The translations under genes and the position numbers were made by a program. Below the pieces are notes generated by a model that did no database searches, was not told where the DNA came from, and saw only the letters and a list, made by a program, of their open reading frames with translations. Below are positions 19,376 to 28,302 of a stretch of DNA of 64,000 nucleotides, in pieces. Position 1 is the stretch's first letter, and each line of letters begins with the position of its first letter. This DNA comes from an uncultured Candidatus Saccharibacteria bacterium (GTDB taxonomy: Bacteria > Patescibacteriota > Minisyncoccia > Phycocordibacterales > UBA2100): NCBI GenBank assembly GCA_964424265.1, contig CAYRHX010000001.1, forward strand, positions 128,498 through 192,497. Direction: 5' to 3'.

Positions 19376-19391
19376 TGAACTATGGTTCACC
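19376..19391. promoter_or_regulatory. putative LexA (SOS/Cheo-type) operator GTGAAC-TATG-GTTCAC upstream of lexA
   Basis: Perfect 16-bp palindrome of GAAC-N4-GTTC type, 15-30 nt upstream of the lexA start codon. Confidence 0.6.
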
Positions 19392-19486
19392 TGTCAATCC
19401 GCGCCCTGTGGATAAGACCCCCACAAGACGCCTTGAAAACAAAAGACCGCTCGTGAGCGGTCTTTTGGGGATTCACGATTTCTTCC

Positions 19487-19642
19487 CTACTCCCCCTCTT
19501 CGATCTTCGAACGATTCGTCGGGCACTTCCTTCCACACCCCTTGCACGACCCTCCACCGCCTGGCGTACACGTGCTGTGTTCGCCGCAATCACATTCACT
19601 TTCATTCATACAATTATTGTGACGGCTGATAATTGCACTCAT
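19487..19642 (-). CDS. hypothetical small Cys-rich peptide (7 Cys in 51 aa)
   Basis: MSAIISRHNNCMNESECDCGEHSTCTPGGGGSCKGCGRKCPTNRSKIEEGE. No clear SD. Downstream of the DUF3298-like gene. Speculative. Confidence 0.25.
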   Translation of the reverse strand: MSAIISRHNNCMNESECDCGEHSTCTPGGGGSCKGCGRKCPTNRSKIEEGE

Positions 19643-19670
19643 GATACGCTCGCCAATAACTCTGTAAAGA

Positions 19671-20360
19671 CTATTTCTTGCGTTCAAATGAAATCGTCTG
19701 TGGCCCCGCAACGTATGGCGCGACTTGGTACGGCTGGAAAATGAATGTCACCGTGTCCGCGGATATCAGAAACGAGCTAAAATTTCCTGAATTAGAATCT
19801 GCTCCATCGGGAAAGAACACATCGCCAAGCCGCTCCTCAAGCTGCGCCGTCGCGGCAACCGAGACTTGCTTGAGCGTGAGACCAATCATGCGAAGCGCAT
19901 CATCGAGCACAAGCTGTCGCCCGGTAGCCTTGTCGAAGTTTAAACCGTGCGAGAGCGAATTTGGATGCGCGCCACCTGTGTACTCTGTATGAACGATCTC
20001 GACCGAGACAATATCAGGGCCGATGTAGGGGGTGTCGAAGTCGAGAGTGAGTTCGAGTAGAGGCGATGCCATGTCGGGAGGATTAGCTGTCAGGGTCTTA
20101 AATTCTTTAACAATTTCGTTCACCACCTTTTCAATCTTTGGATCAATCGTGACAATCCCAAACTTTGGGTACTTCACATCTATCGAATGCGTCGCTGTCA
20201 CCTCTTTCATCTCCATTGTCGTAAACGGCACAACGGCAACCTGTGGCGTCGTGGTCGCAACGAATGATGGCCTCGATGCGGGTATTGTGAGTATCGAGAG
20301 ATAGTATCCGGCCCCCAGCGCCAACGTCGCCACCAAAAGGTATGAGAAGAAACGGCCCAT
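19671..20360 (-). CDS. membrane-anchored DUF3298/DUF4163-like (RsiV-like) protein
   Basis: N-terminal TM then beta-rich extracytoplasmic domain. Family call by overall resemblance only. Confidence 0.45.
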   Translation of the reverse strand: MGRFFSYLLVATLALGAGYYLSILTIPASRPSFVATTTPQVAVVPFTTMEMKEVTATHSIDVKYPKFGIVTIDPKIEKVVNEIVKEFKTLTANPPDMASPLLELTLDFDTPYIGPDIVSVEIVHTEYTGGAHPNSLSHGLNFDKATGRQLVLDDALRMIGLTLKQVSVAATAQLEERLGDVFFPDGADSNSGNFSSFLISADTVTFIFQPYQVAPYVAGPQTISFERKK

Positions 20361-20450
20361 GACCTCAGTATACTACTCTATAAAAACGTACCTGCTTGCC
20401 ACGAGGCTCCTGGAAGAAACGAGGGGCTTATGCTATAGTCCACCTAACAG

Positions 20451-21059
20451 ATGGGGTTCACTAAATACACTTCGCAGGCGGAAAAGGAGCGCGCGCGCAT
20501 GAACGAAGGCATTCGTGCGCCCGAAGTACGCGTCATTGGGCCGGAAGGAGAGAATTTCGGTATCCTCCCGTTGCGCGAAGCGCTCGCGAAGGCGCAGGAG
20601 CTTGGATACGATCTCATCGAAATCTCACCGAATGCGCAGCCACCTGTCGCCAAAATAACCGACTACGGAAAATTTAAATACGAACAAAAGAAAAAGGACA
20701 AAGAGATTAAATCGAAGGCGCACGTGACCGAGACCAAGGTCACACAAGTGAAAATCGGGACTTCCGAGCGAGACATGCAGATCAAGGCAGCCAAAGCAGC
20801 GGCATGGCTCAAAGAAGGGCACCGCGTACGTGTCGACCTTTTCCTTTGGGGCCGCTACAAGTACATGGAATTCGACTTCCTCAAGGAGCGCCTAGACCGT
20901 TTCCTCTCCGTCATTCCCGAAGGGTACAAAATCGCAGAAGCGGTCCAGAAAGGGCCGAAGGGACTCTCTGTCTCCATCGAACGAGATCCCTCAAAGAAGC
21001 CTCAGGTATCCAAGACCTCCAAAGCTGTCCCCGCGCCCCCTCCTCCAGAGGAGGCCTAG
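20451..21059 (+). CDS. infC: translation initiation factor IF-3
   Basis: NEGIRAPEVRVIGPEGENFGILPLREALAKAQELGYDLIEISPNAQPPVAKITDYGKFKYE collinear with E. coli IF3. C-terminal Pro-rich tail. Start uncertain, as IF3 often uses a non-AUG start. Confidence 0.85.
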   Translation: MGFTKYTSQAEKERARMNEGIRAPEVRVIGPEGENFGILPLREALAKAQELGYDLIEISPNAQPPVAKITDYGKFKYEQKKKDKEIKSKAHVTETKVTQVKIGTSERDMQIKAAKAAAWLKEGHRVRVDLFLWGRYKYMEFDFLKERLDRFLSVIPEGYKIAEAVQKGPKGLSVSIERDPSKKPQVSKTSKAVPAPPPPEEA

Positions 21060-21142
21060 CCGAAGTTTGCGTTTTCTCATATTTCCGGCATAATGGTCCG
21101 ACCCTCAAATCGCCCTATCGACTGGCAAGAAGGGATTACATC

Positions 21143-21331
21143 ATGAAAAACAACAAATCATACTCAAAGCGCCTCCGAGTGACGAAGAACGGCAAAATCA
21201 TCGCTCGCGTCCCTGGCCAGAACCACTTCAATGCGAAGGAGGGCGGTAGAAGCCAAATGCGTCGTGGACGGTCGGTCGCCTTTCACGGGATCATGACAGC
21301 TACAGACAAAAGCCGGTTCCTTCCCCATTAA
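21143..21331 (+). CDS. rpmI: 50S ribosomal protein L35
   Basis: 62-aa basic protein MKNNKSYSKRLRVTKNGKIIARVPGQNHFNAKEG.. between infC and rplT. The longer ORF 20804..21331 is a frame artefact. Confidence 0.8.
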   Translation: MKNNKSYSKRLRVTKNGKIIARVPGQNHFNAKEGGRSQMRRGRSVAFHGIMTATDKSRFLPH

Positions 21332-21334
21332 ATT

Positions 21335-21679
21335 ATGTCGAGAGTAAAACGAGGAACAACGAAGCTGAAGCGCCGCCGAAACGTCTTGGCACAAACCAAG
21401 GGATATCGCTTCGGTAGATCGACCAAAGAGCGCGTCGCAAAAGAGGCTATTCGCCACGCAGGCGCTCACGCATTTAGACATCGTCGCGCAAAGAAGCGTG
21501 AATTCCGCAACCTCTGGACGCTCCGTATCAACGCCGCCGTCCGCCCACTCGGACTTTCCTACTCACGATTTATCGATGTCCTCAAGAAAGGCAACATCGC
21601 GCTTGATAGAAAATCGCTTTCGTCGCTTGCAAAAGATCATCCTGAAACCTTCGCTCGACTCGTCCAAAAGGTCAAGTAA
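21335..21679 (+). CDS. rplT: 50S ribosomal protein L20
   Basis: MSRVKRGTTKLKRRRNVLAQTKGYRFGRS... classic L20. Confidence 0.9.
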   Translation: MSRVKRGTTKLKRRRNVLAQTKGYRFGRSTKERVAKEAIRHAGAHAFRHRRAKKREFRNLWTLRINAAVRPLGLSYSRFIDVLKKGNIALDRKSLSSLAKDHPETFARLVQKVK

Positions 21680-21695
21680 ATCCACGTGCTAGAGT

Positions 21696-22268
21696 GTGCG
21701 CATGGCGGACCTACTCTTCCAGTTGGTCATCGTGTTCGCCCAAATGTGCCTCCTCGTATGGATCATAGGCTTCCTGCGCCAATCGATACTCGTGAAAATA
21801 TATGGCGATGCGCCATTTTTACCAACACCATACGATGCGCTTGCAACTATCGCGAAATCTCTTGAGATCGAGGCGCGCGATGTCGTGTATGAGCTCGGGA
21901 GCGGCGATGGACGATTCCTTATCTATTGCGCGCGCCAAGAACCATCCGCGCAGTACGTTGGGATAGAGCGCAACGTCGCTTTAGTCTTCTGGGCACGCGT
22001 ACGAACATACTTTTCCGGCAACCCAAAAAACGTGCAATTCCTTCGCAAGAATATCCACGAAGTGGATCTCACAAACGCGACAAAGATTTATGCTTATTTA
22101 TTGGGGCCCGTAATGGACAAGCTGCTGCCCACCTTTCAACGTGAGTTTCGCGGCCGTCTCGCCTCACGCGCTTTCGTCTTCCGAGAAAAACAAGCGACTT
22201 CTGTCGTCACTCTTTCGGAAAAAAAAGGGAGGTTCGGAGAGCACCTCCTGCACGTGTACGATTTTTAG
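21696..22268 (+). CDS. class I SAM-dependent methyltransferase (membrane-anchored)
   Basis: N-terminal TM. SAM motif I VYELGSGDGRFLIY. Confidence 0.7.
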   Translation: MRMADLLFQLVIVFAQMCLLVWIIGFLRQSILVKIYGDAPFLPTPYDALATIAKSLEIEARDVVYELGSGDGRFLIYCARQEPSAQYVGIERNVALVFWARVRTYFSGNPKNVQFLRKNIHEVDLTNATKIYAYLLGPVMDKLLPTFQREFRGRLASRAFVFREKQATSVVTLSEKKGRFGEHLLHVYDF

Positions 22269-22948
22269 AGAATCACCTCTTGCCTCTTCCCTGTCGCACT
22301 CCAGCCGTCGTGGTTGTTATAGACGAGCATCGCCTTCTCTTTGTCTTTTGTCACCATTTCTATGAGACGTTCCACCATCGCCTTCGGATCAGAATCAAAA
22401 ACGATTTTGTCGTTGGGTCGATGCGCAGCGTCGATGACATGGTGCAAAATCTCGTCGGTCTCCCATGTGCCCTCGAGGATACCAAGCGGGCGACGATCTT
22501 CGAATGCCACGGAAAATTCATTCAAGGTCCCGATGCGGCCACAACCGATAATCATCGCGTCCGACGAGCGGACAAAGAGCAGATCGCGACCTGCGTAGCC
22601 AAACCCTGTGTAGATCACAACATCCATGAAGTCGAGCGGGAGCTTATACGTTTCTACGTGCTCACGCTCGTTCGCAGCAGGAGAAAGGCCGATAGAAAAT
22701 CCGCACTCATCTTTTGCGCCCATCGCCGCATACATGGGAAATCCTGTGGTAGCACCCGTGGTAATGATTGCGCCGTGTCGCGCAATCTCGCGTCCTACCT
22801 CTTTTGCTTTTTCGTAGGCATCAAGGCCACACGCACCCGTCTCCGCGGCACCCGAGACGCCGATTTTCACAACACCGTAGCCGTCGGGTAGACGGCAGAA
22901 ATTTGACGGCACCGCTGTGTGATTGGGGTGAAGAATTCTTTTTGCCAT
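22265..22948 (-). CDS. LOG/TIGR00725-like Rossmann-fold protein
   Basis: GCGRIGTLNEFSV and Gly-rich nucleotide-binding loops resembling the LOG/SLOG family. Confidence 0.5.
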   Translation of the reverse strand: MAKRILHPNHTAVPSNFCRLPDGYGVVKIGVSGAAETGACGLDAYEKAKEVGREIARHGAIITTGATTGFPMYAAMGAKDECGFSIGLSPAANEREHVETYKLPLDFMDVVIYTGFGYAGRDLLFVRSSDAMIIGCGRIGTLNEFSVAFEDRRPLGILEGTWETDEILHHVIDAAHRPNDKIVFDSDPKAMVERLIEMVTKDKEKAMLVYNNHDGWSATGKRQEVIL

Positions 22949-22972
22949 TTGAGGGTACAGTATAACATTTCC

Positions 22973-24343
22973 CTACCAGTCGATCTCTATGGTTTCGCTA
23001 GCGTGTGGAACGACGGCATCGACACCGAGAAAATCACGGACGCGTTGAGCAAAAAAGAGCGAGGCTTGTGGCTCTCCCATGGTTACAAAGACTCGCTTGA
23101 GGGATGTGCCTGCTTTATCGACAAAATCGAGCAATTGATCGCGATCCGCGTGGCCCGAATACCCTGTAAGCGTGGCGATGCGAGCGTAGACACGGATATG
23201 TTCACCATCAATCTCGACGCGCTTTTCGCCATCTTGAATCCTGCGGCCGAGAGAACCGGGTGCCTGATAACCTACGAAAAGAACTGTCGCATGTTTATCA
23301 CCCAAATAATACTTTTCGTGCGAGCGGATGCGCCCCCCACTCGACATCCCCGCACCCGCGATCACAATCTTCGGGCTTGGAGATTTATGGATCGCCTGCG
23401 ACTCACCCGTGTGAGCCGTGAGCGTAAGGCTTTTGAAAGAAAACGGATCGTGGCCACTCTCAAAATGCTCTCGTGAGGCAGGATTGAGGATCTCTTTATA
23501 TTTTCGAAAGACCCCCGTCACTTCGATCGCAAGCGGCGCATCGAGGTACACGGTTATGGGCTTCATGATCCCCTCCTCGATCATAGTATTCATTTCATAC
23601 AGGAGTATCTGCGTCCTCTCGATTGAAAACGATGGAATGAGAAGCGTGCCCTTTCGTGTGCGTGTGTCCTCGATGCACAGACGCAAACGCTCCCGACGCT
23701 CGTCTCGTGCCTCATGCAGCCGATCGCCATAGACACTTTCCATCACGACATACTGCGCGCCTTCGGGACTTTCGACGTCGTTCAAAATCGGCTCTGGAGA
23801 ATTACCGATGTCGCCGGTGAAAATAATGGTCTTCTCGCTCCGTCTAATATGCACCAAGGCCGAACCCAATATATGTCCCGCGTCAAAGAATTCCACTTGT
23901 GCGTCTCCTAAAGAAAATGGCTTGTGATATTCGTGCGTTTGCCACAATGAGAGAGATTTTTCTGCATCCTCTTTTTCGTACAGCATTTCACATCCCTTAC
24001 GCTCCGCATCCTGTCCCATTACTTTTAGCGCGTCATCAAACATAAGCGCGGCAAGATCTTTCGTCGCAGGAGTGGAATAGATTGCACCTTTGAATCCGCT
24101 GTGCACCAGCCGCGGAATACGCCCGATGTGATCAGCGTGTGCGTGCGTGACGATGAGCGCCGATATTGAGCTCGGGTCGTATGGAAACGGCGCGAAATTT
24201 GCGGTATCACAACGATCACCGTGCAGATATTCACGCTGGAGTATTCCACAATCAACTAAGATCTTCGATGAATTTGTGTCGAGTAGAAAATTCGCTCCGG
24301 TCACCGTCCCTGCACCTCCGCAAAATGTTATACGCGCGGTCAT
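22973..24343 (-). CDS. MBL-fold metallo-hydrolase, beta-CASP family (RNase J/CPSF-like ribonuclease)
   Basis: HAHADHIG motif 2, later Asp/His motifs, beta-CASP insertion, C-terminal RNA-metabolising MBL region. 456 aa. Confidence 0.7.
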   Translation of the reverse strand: MTARITFCGGAGTVTGANFLLDTNSSKILVDCGILQREYLHGDRCDTANFAPFPYDPSSISALIVTHAHADHIGRIPRLVHSGFKGAIYSTPATKDLAALMFDDALKVMGQDAERKGCEMLYEKEDAEKSLSLWQTHEYHKPFSLGDAQVEFFDAGHILGSALVHIRRSEKTIIFTGDIGNSPEPILNDVESPEGAQYVVMESVYGDRLHEARDERRERLRLCIEDTRTRKGTLLIPSFSIERTQILLYEMNTMIEEGIMKPITVYLDAPLAIEVTGVFRKYKEILNPASREHFESGHDPFSFKSLTLTAHTGESQAIHKSPSPKIVIAGAGMSSGGRIRSHEKYYLGDKHATVLFVGYQAPGSLGRRIQDGEKRVEIDGEHIRVYARIATLTGYSGHADRDQLLDFVDKAGTSLKRVFVTMGEPQASLFFAQRVRDFLGVDAVVPHASETIEIDW

Positions 24344-24523
24344 CGATGGATTCTAGCACCCAAAAACCCTGCTCTCGCAGGGTTTCTCGGAGGCGGCGAT
24401 ACGGTGAGCCTGGTATTGGAGCCAGGTGGGTGCTCTCAGCATCTACACCAAGGCGCAGAGCAATTCGAGCTCCCTTTTTCGCACCAGCAGGTTTTCGTAT
24501 CAACCGCTTCAAAAAGTATAGCA

Positions 24524-24832
24524 CTACTTGACCGTGAGTACATGTGACTTAACTTCAAATATGTGACTAGTGGGGTTGTGGTTGGGATGGAATTTCGTGG
24601 TATGGATCTCATCTCCCCGGATCTCAAACGTCGCATGAGGGCTCGGACCAGTCGGATGATGCGCGGTCGCAAAAGCCTGATCGCCTCGTATATTGTAGAT
24701 AGGTTTTGTGATATCGGGACGCCCGCCTTTGATATCGTAGATGTGCCCTCGAGACCGATCCATAGCCATGACCGGTCGCGCAGTATGCACGCCACCCGCA
24801 TGACCATATGTAGACTGGTGCAAGAATTCCAT
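24524..24832 (-). CDS. hypothetical His-rich small protein with internal I[RK]GD/HTTKFH repeats
   Basis: 102-aa ORF in the 527-bp gap between ndk and the MBL RNase. Competing ORFs in other frames. Low confidence. Confidence 0.3.
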   Translation of the reverse strand: MEFLHQSTYGHAGGVHTARPVMAMDRSRGHIYDIKGGRPDITKPIYNIRGDQAFATAHHPTGPSPHATFEIRGDEIHTTKFHPNHNPTSHIFEVKSHVLTVK

Positions 24833-24870
24833 AGAAAGAGTACTTTATTCTCCCCTCGCCCAAAAACGAA

Positions 24871-25473
24871 CTACTCCAATATGCCGTCGAGGTTTACGTC
24901 GTAGAGGATTTGCTCGTTCACGAGGCGATAGTCGGTCATTTCGCTTTCAGCAAACCAGATCGCGATCTCACGCTTGGCCTCATCTACAGACTCCGAGCAA
25001 TGGATCAAGTTGCGCACCGCACGATCGTCGACCGCTGAAATATTGTAGGAATCGAGGGTAAGATCGCCACGAATCGTCCCGACATCTGAAGTTGACGGCT
25101 CTGTGTCGCCTGTGATTTTCTTCACGACAACCGCTGCCTGATTCCCTTCCCATACCATCATAAGGACCGGCCCGCAGGTCATAAACTTCACGAGCTGACG
25201 AATGATGTCTTTGCCGTATTCAATCGGCTCCTTTGTGACCGGAAGATTATTGGCTTTTTTGTCCTCAACGATTTTCGTCCCCTTTTTGAGAAACCACGCA
25301 TCGTCTTTGTTGTAGTGCTCCCAAAACTTCTTTTCATCGGCGACGCCGAATTTCATGCCGACGAGCTTGAGGCCCGTGCGCTCATACCGCTTCATAACCT
25401 CTCCGATCAAACCTCGCTGCACGCCGTCAGGCTTAATGATGACAAACGTACGCTCTTTTTTTGGATGTGGCAT
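24871..25473 (-). CDS. ndk: nucleoside diphosphate kinase (with insertions)
   Basis: FVIIKPDGVQRGLIGEV..., active-site His region NLIHCSES. 200 aa. Confidence 0.85.
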   Translation of the reverse strand: MPHPKKERTFVIIKPDGVQRGLIGEVMKRYERTGLKLVGMKFGVADEKKFWEHYNKDDAWFLKKGTKIVEDKKANNLPVTKEPIEYGKDIIRQLVKFMTCGPVLMMVWEGNQAAVVVKKITGDTEPSTSDVGTIRGDLTLDSYNISAVDDRAVRNLIHCSESVDEAKREIAIWFAESEMTDYRLVNEQILYDVNLDGILE

Positions 25474-25484
25474 ATATGTTATTT

Positions 25485-25937
25485 CTATTTAGTAAGTAAC
25501 CCCGCTTTCCGCTCGAGAACAGTGATGCGCTTGCCGTGATCGTAGAGAGTCTTTGCGTCCACGTCGACCGCTTTCGCAATTGGCTCAAATGTCTCTTCTC
25601 TCAGACGATCCAGGTCATTCTTGGTCGCGCAATCCTTCACCGAGTCAGCGAGATCGGATTTTGTCACTGCCCAGGTGGCAAGGTTCTTTATACCACCCTC
25701 CACATGGTCGAGTCTTTCAGAAAATTCTGCGACCGTCTTCTCGACCAACGTCTCGAATCTTGTAATTTTGCTGCTCACTCTCGACATCTCATTGTCCAAA
25801 CGACTCGATCGCCGCACTTGCACCTCCATCAAAGACTCGACAGCTTCGACTTTTTTGCCCATATCGAGCAAGACCTCCATAATCTTCTCGTTGGTGACTT
25901 CACGTGGCAGCTTCTTTTTCACCATGCGGATCATCAT
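25485..25937 (-). CDS. hypothetical coiled-coil protein
   Basis: 150-aa charged, helical-looking product immediately upstream of ndk. Confidence 0.45.
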   Translation of the reverse strand: MMIRMVKKKLPREVTNEKIMEVLLDMGKKVEAVESLMEVQVRRSSRLDNEMSRVSSKITRFETLVEKTVAEFSERLDHVEGGIKNLATWAVTKSDLADSVKDCATKNDLDRLREETFEPIAKAVDVDAKTLYDHGKRITVLERKAGLLTK

Positions 25938-25969
25938 ATCATCCGCCGAAAACCCGCGCTATAAGATCA

Positions 25970-27469
25970 TTATCTTACAAATACGTACGCGCCGACACCC
26001 CCGTGTGCACCCGTATTTACATTGAGAATATCGAGGTAGTAATCTCCTATCGGAAGATCACCAATGTATATCGAAGCGGATGTCACGCCATTCGTCTTTT
26101 TTTCGACGTTTGTTGGTGTTCTCTCGTAAATATTCGACACGCCGCTGCCGGAGAAGGTTCGGAAATATACTACGTATACATCGCCAGCTTGACCCGTGGG
26201 GTCAAGAAATTCTATGGAGTAGGCCGGCGTGTTTTTTTGTAAGTAATCGTTTGGATATGGTTTTGTAATGCTGATGTATGTTCCGCCGTCTTTTACACCG
26301 TTTGATGTGAGTACTTGTTGGCCCCACCGACACACGATATTGGTATACGAATCGATCGTTACTGCAGCTGCATCACAAAGCTTTTGTGCCGTATCCTGCT
26401 TCAGACCGGTTCCGAGTAGGAAAATTTTATCTCTCCAACTTATTGAGAGCGGGGCCCTCACATCATCATCAATGACTGTAAACGTAACGCTGTGCGAAGT
26501 GGCGTGGGTTTGTACTGGCCCATACCCGGGCTCTGGGAAATCCGGATTTTGATCACATCCTTTTGGAGAACAGTCCCGTAGGGCCAAAGATACTGCGTAC
26601 GTTCCTGGCACTGAATCGTTCAATCCCCAATCTTGCTCGAATGTCCCGTAGTGCGTCCCGGGTTCTATCGTCTTCATAAAACCACTTCCGCTAACCGATC
26701 CTACCGGATGGGGGTTGTTGGTATTGGGAGTGCTAATGAGTGTAATGGCCCCTGTAACGATTCGTCTCTTATCCGTCGAGGCTCTCCAAGAAATCGTCAT
26801 CTTACCTTTTCTGCTCACGGTAAATCCTTGAGCTGGCGAGAGTAGTTCAACAGCCGGTGCAACGTACGGTGATGGGATGTTGCCGATAGTGATAATTGGG
26901 ATCGGTGTACTTGCCGGTGTGGATGAGATGTTGCTACATCTTTGCGCCATCGCAGTACGGGTCTTGGGTCCAACGTACCCATAGCCCGTAGAATCGGGAT
27001 CGCCGGAAGAGACGAGTCCGTGCGCCGCTTGCCATCGCTGCACAGCGCGGAGTGTTGCAGGTCCGAAGTAGCCCGTAATTCGCCGCTCGGGATAAACGGA
27101 CCCTCCCTGACTTGCTAGAAATCTCTGCAGTTTGGTGACATCGCCGTTGGTATCTGCATCAGTATCATCAAGTGACAGACTGTTTGAAAGCGAAACACAA
27201 GCAACCCCTGTGCTTGCGCTAGAAGTCGGAGGAGCGCCAATTTGAGATTGGAGGCTCGCGATTTGCGCGAGGAGAGATCGGATTTGCGCTTGCAAATCGG
27301 AAAGCGCGTCCGCCGAGGCGAAGACAGGAGAAACGAGCAATACAAAGCCAAGACCGCTAGAGGTGATTTTTTTAAACATATATGGGCGACTGAGGGATAA
27401 TAACGAATGATAGCAACCCCCCCCCTGATGTCTAGCCTCGATATCTAGAGCTTGTTTACAGCGGTCCAA
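25970..27469 (-). CDS. secreted protein with peptidoglycan-binding (PG_binding_1) domain
   Basis: Signal peptide, LQ-rich coiled leader, then GDVTKLQRFLASQGGSVYPERRITGYFGPATLRAVQRWQ. Third paralog of this architecture. Confidence 0.7.
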   Translation of the reverse strand: MDRCKQALDIEARHQGGGCYHSLLSLSRPYMFKKITSSGLGFVLLVSPVFASADALSDLQAQIRSLLAQIASLQSQIGAPPTSSASTGVACVSLSNSLSLDDTDADTNGDVTKLQRFLASQGGSVYPERRITGYFGPATLRAVQRWQAAHGLVSSGDPDSTGYGYVGPKTRTAMAQRCSNISSTPASTPIPIITIGNIPSPYVAPAVELLSPAQGFTVSRKGKMTISWRASTDKRRIVTGAITLISTPNTNNPHPVGSVSGSGFMKTIEPGTHYGTFEQDWGLNDSVPGTYAVSLALRDCSPKGCDQNPDFPEPGYGPVQTHATSHSVTFTVIDDDVRAPLSISWRDKIFLLGTGLKQDTAQKLCDAAAVTIDSYTNIVCRWGQQVLTSNGVKDGGTYISITKPYPNDYLQKNTPAYSIEFLDPTGQAGDVYVVYFRTFSGSGVSNIYERTPTNVEKKTNGVTSASIYIGDLPIGDYYLDILNVNTGAHGGVGAYVFVR

Positions 27470-28302
27470 TCAGCGTCGCCAAGCCCTTTATGGCTAGCAT
27501 CATCGAAACACGAGAGTAACGCGTCGAGAAGTGGCGTTGGGAGCGTACCTGAAAAGTCCTTGGCGTAGTGAAGATCTTTTGTAATCCACTTCACCGCGAA
27601 ATTAGTTTGTTGCGGAGGATTCTGATACGCGCGCCAGGCCATATTGGTCGCTACACCCCCGGGGCGATCAGCGAGCGCCGCGCCTACCGCATCGAGATCC
27701 ATATGGTGATTCTTCGCGATGCGTAATGCCTCACCGAGGCCCGCCACATGGAGTGCTTGCAGCGCATTGAGTATGAGCTTGAAACGCGCGCCCGAGCCGT
27801 TCGACCCAAAGTAATACACTTTCTCGCTAATGGGAGTGAGGTCCGACCTCAATGTCTCCAACTGCTCCTTATCGCCGCCAACCAGAAGTGTCATCGTCCC
27901 CCCTTCCGCACCCGCGCGACTGCCCGTGAGAGGAATATCAAAGTGAATATGAGTTCGCTGTGCACATAGCCGCGCGAGCTCATCGATCCAGGGAATAGAA
28001 AATGTCCCGCTCGCGATAAGTATGCTCCCGATCCTGGATCCCGCGAGAATACCATCGTCTCCCAGCCAGACAGAGCGCGATGCCGCGTCATCCGACGTTA
28101 CGTCAAATACTATGTCTGCGTGCTTCGCGGCATCTCTTGGGGAAGGCATGGCGACTGCGCCTTGCGCGATCAAAGGAGCGATTTTCTCTTTCGTGCGATT
28201 CCAGAGATAGACAGAATACCCGCGCTTCAGGTAGTTAGCCGCCATCCCGGCGCCCATAATCCCAACTCCTATGATCGCTATTTTCCTCATGAGGGTCTTC
28301 AC
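27445..28302 (-). CDS. NAD(P)-binding oxidoreductase, 3-hydroxyisobutyrate/6-phosphogluconate dehydrogenase-like
   Basis: N-terminal Rossmann IAIIGVGIMGAGMAANYLKRGYSVYLWNRT; HIBADH-type catalytic region. Confidence 0.75.
   Translation of the reverse strand: MKTLMRKIAIIGVGIMGAGMAANYLKRGYSVYLWNRTKEKIAPLIAQGAVAMPSPRDAAKHADIVFDVTSDDAASRSVWLGDDGILAGSRIGSILIASGTFSIPWIDELARLCAQRTHIHFDIPLTGSRAGAEGGTMTLLVGGDKEQLETLRSDLTPISEKVYYFGSNGSGARFKLILNALQALHVAGLGEALRIAKNHHMDLDAVGAALADRPGGVATNMAWRAYQNPPQQTNFAVKWITKDLHYAKDFSGTLPTPLLDALLSCFDDASHKGLGDADWTAVNKL

Noticed and set aside
20804-21331. 175-aa ORF upstream of and including rpmI
   Set aside because: Arg/Pro-rich frame artefact overlapping infC. The real gene is the 62-aa L35 starting at 21143.
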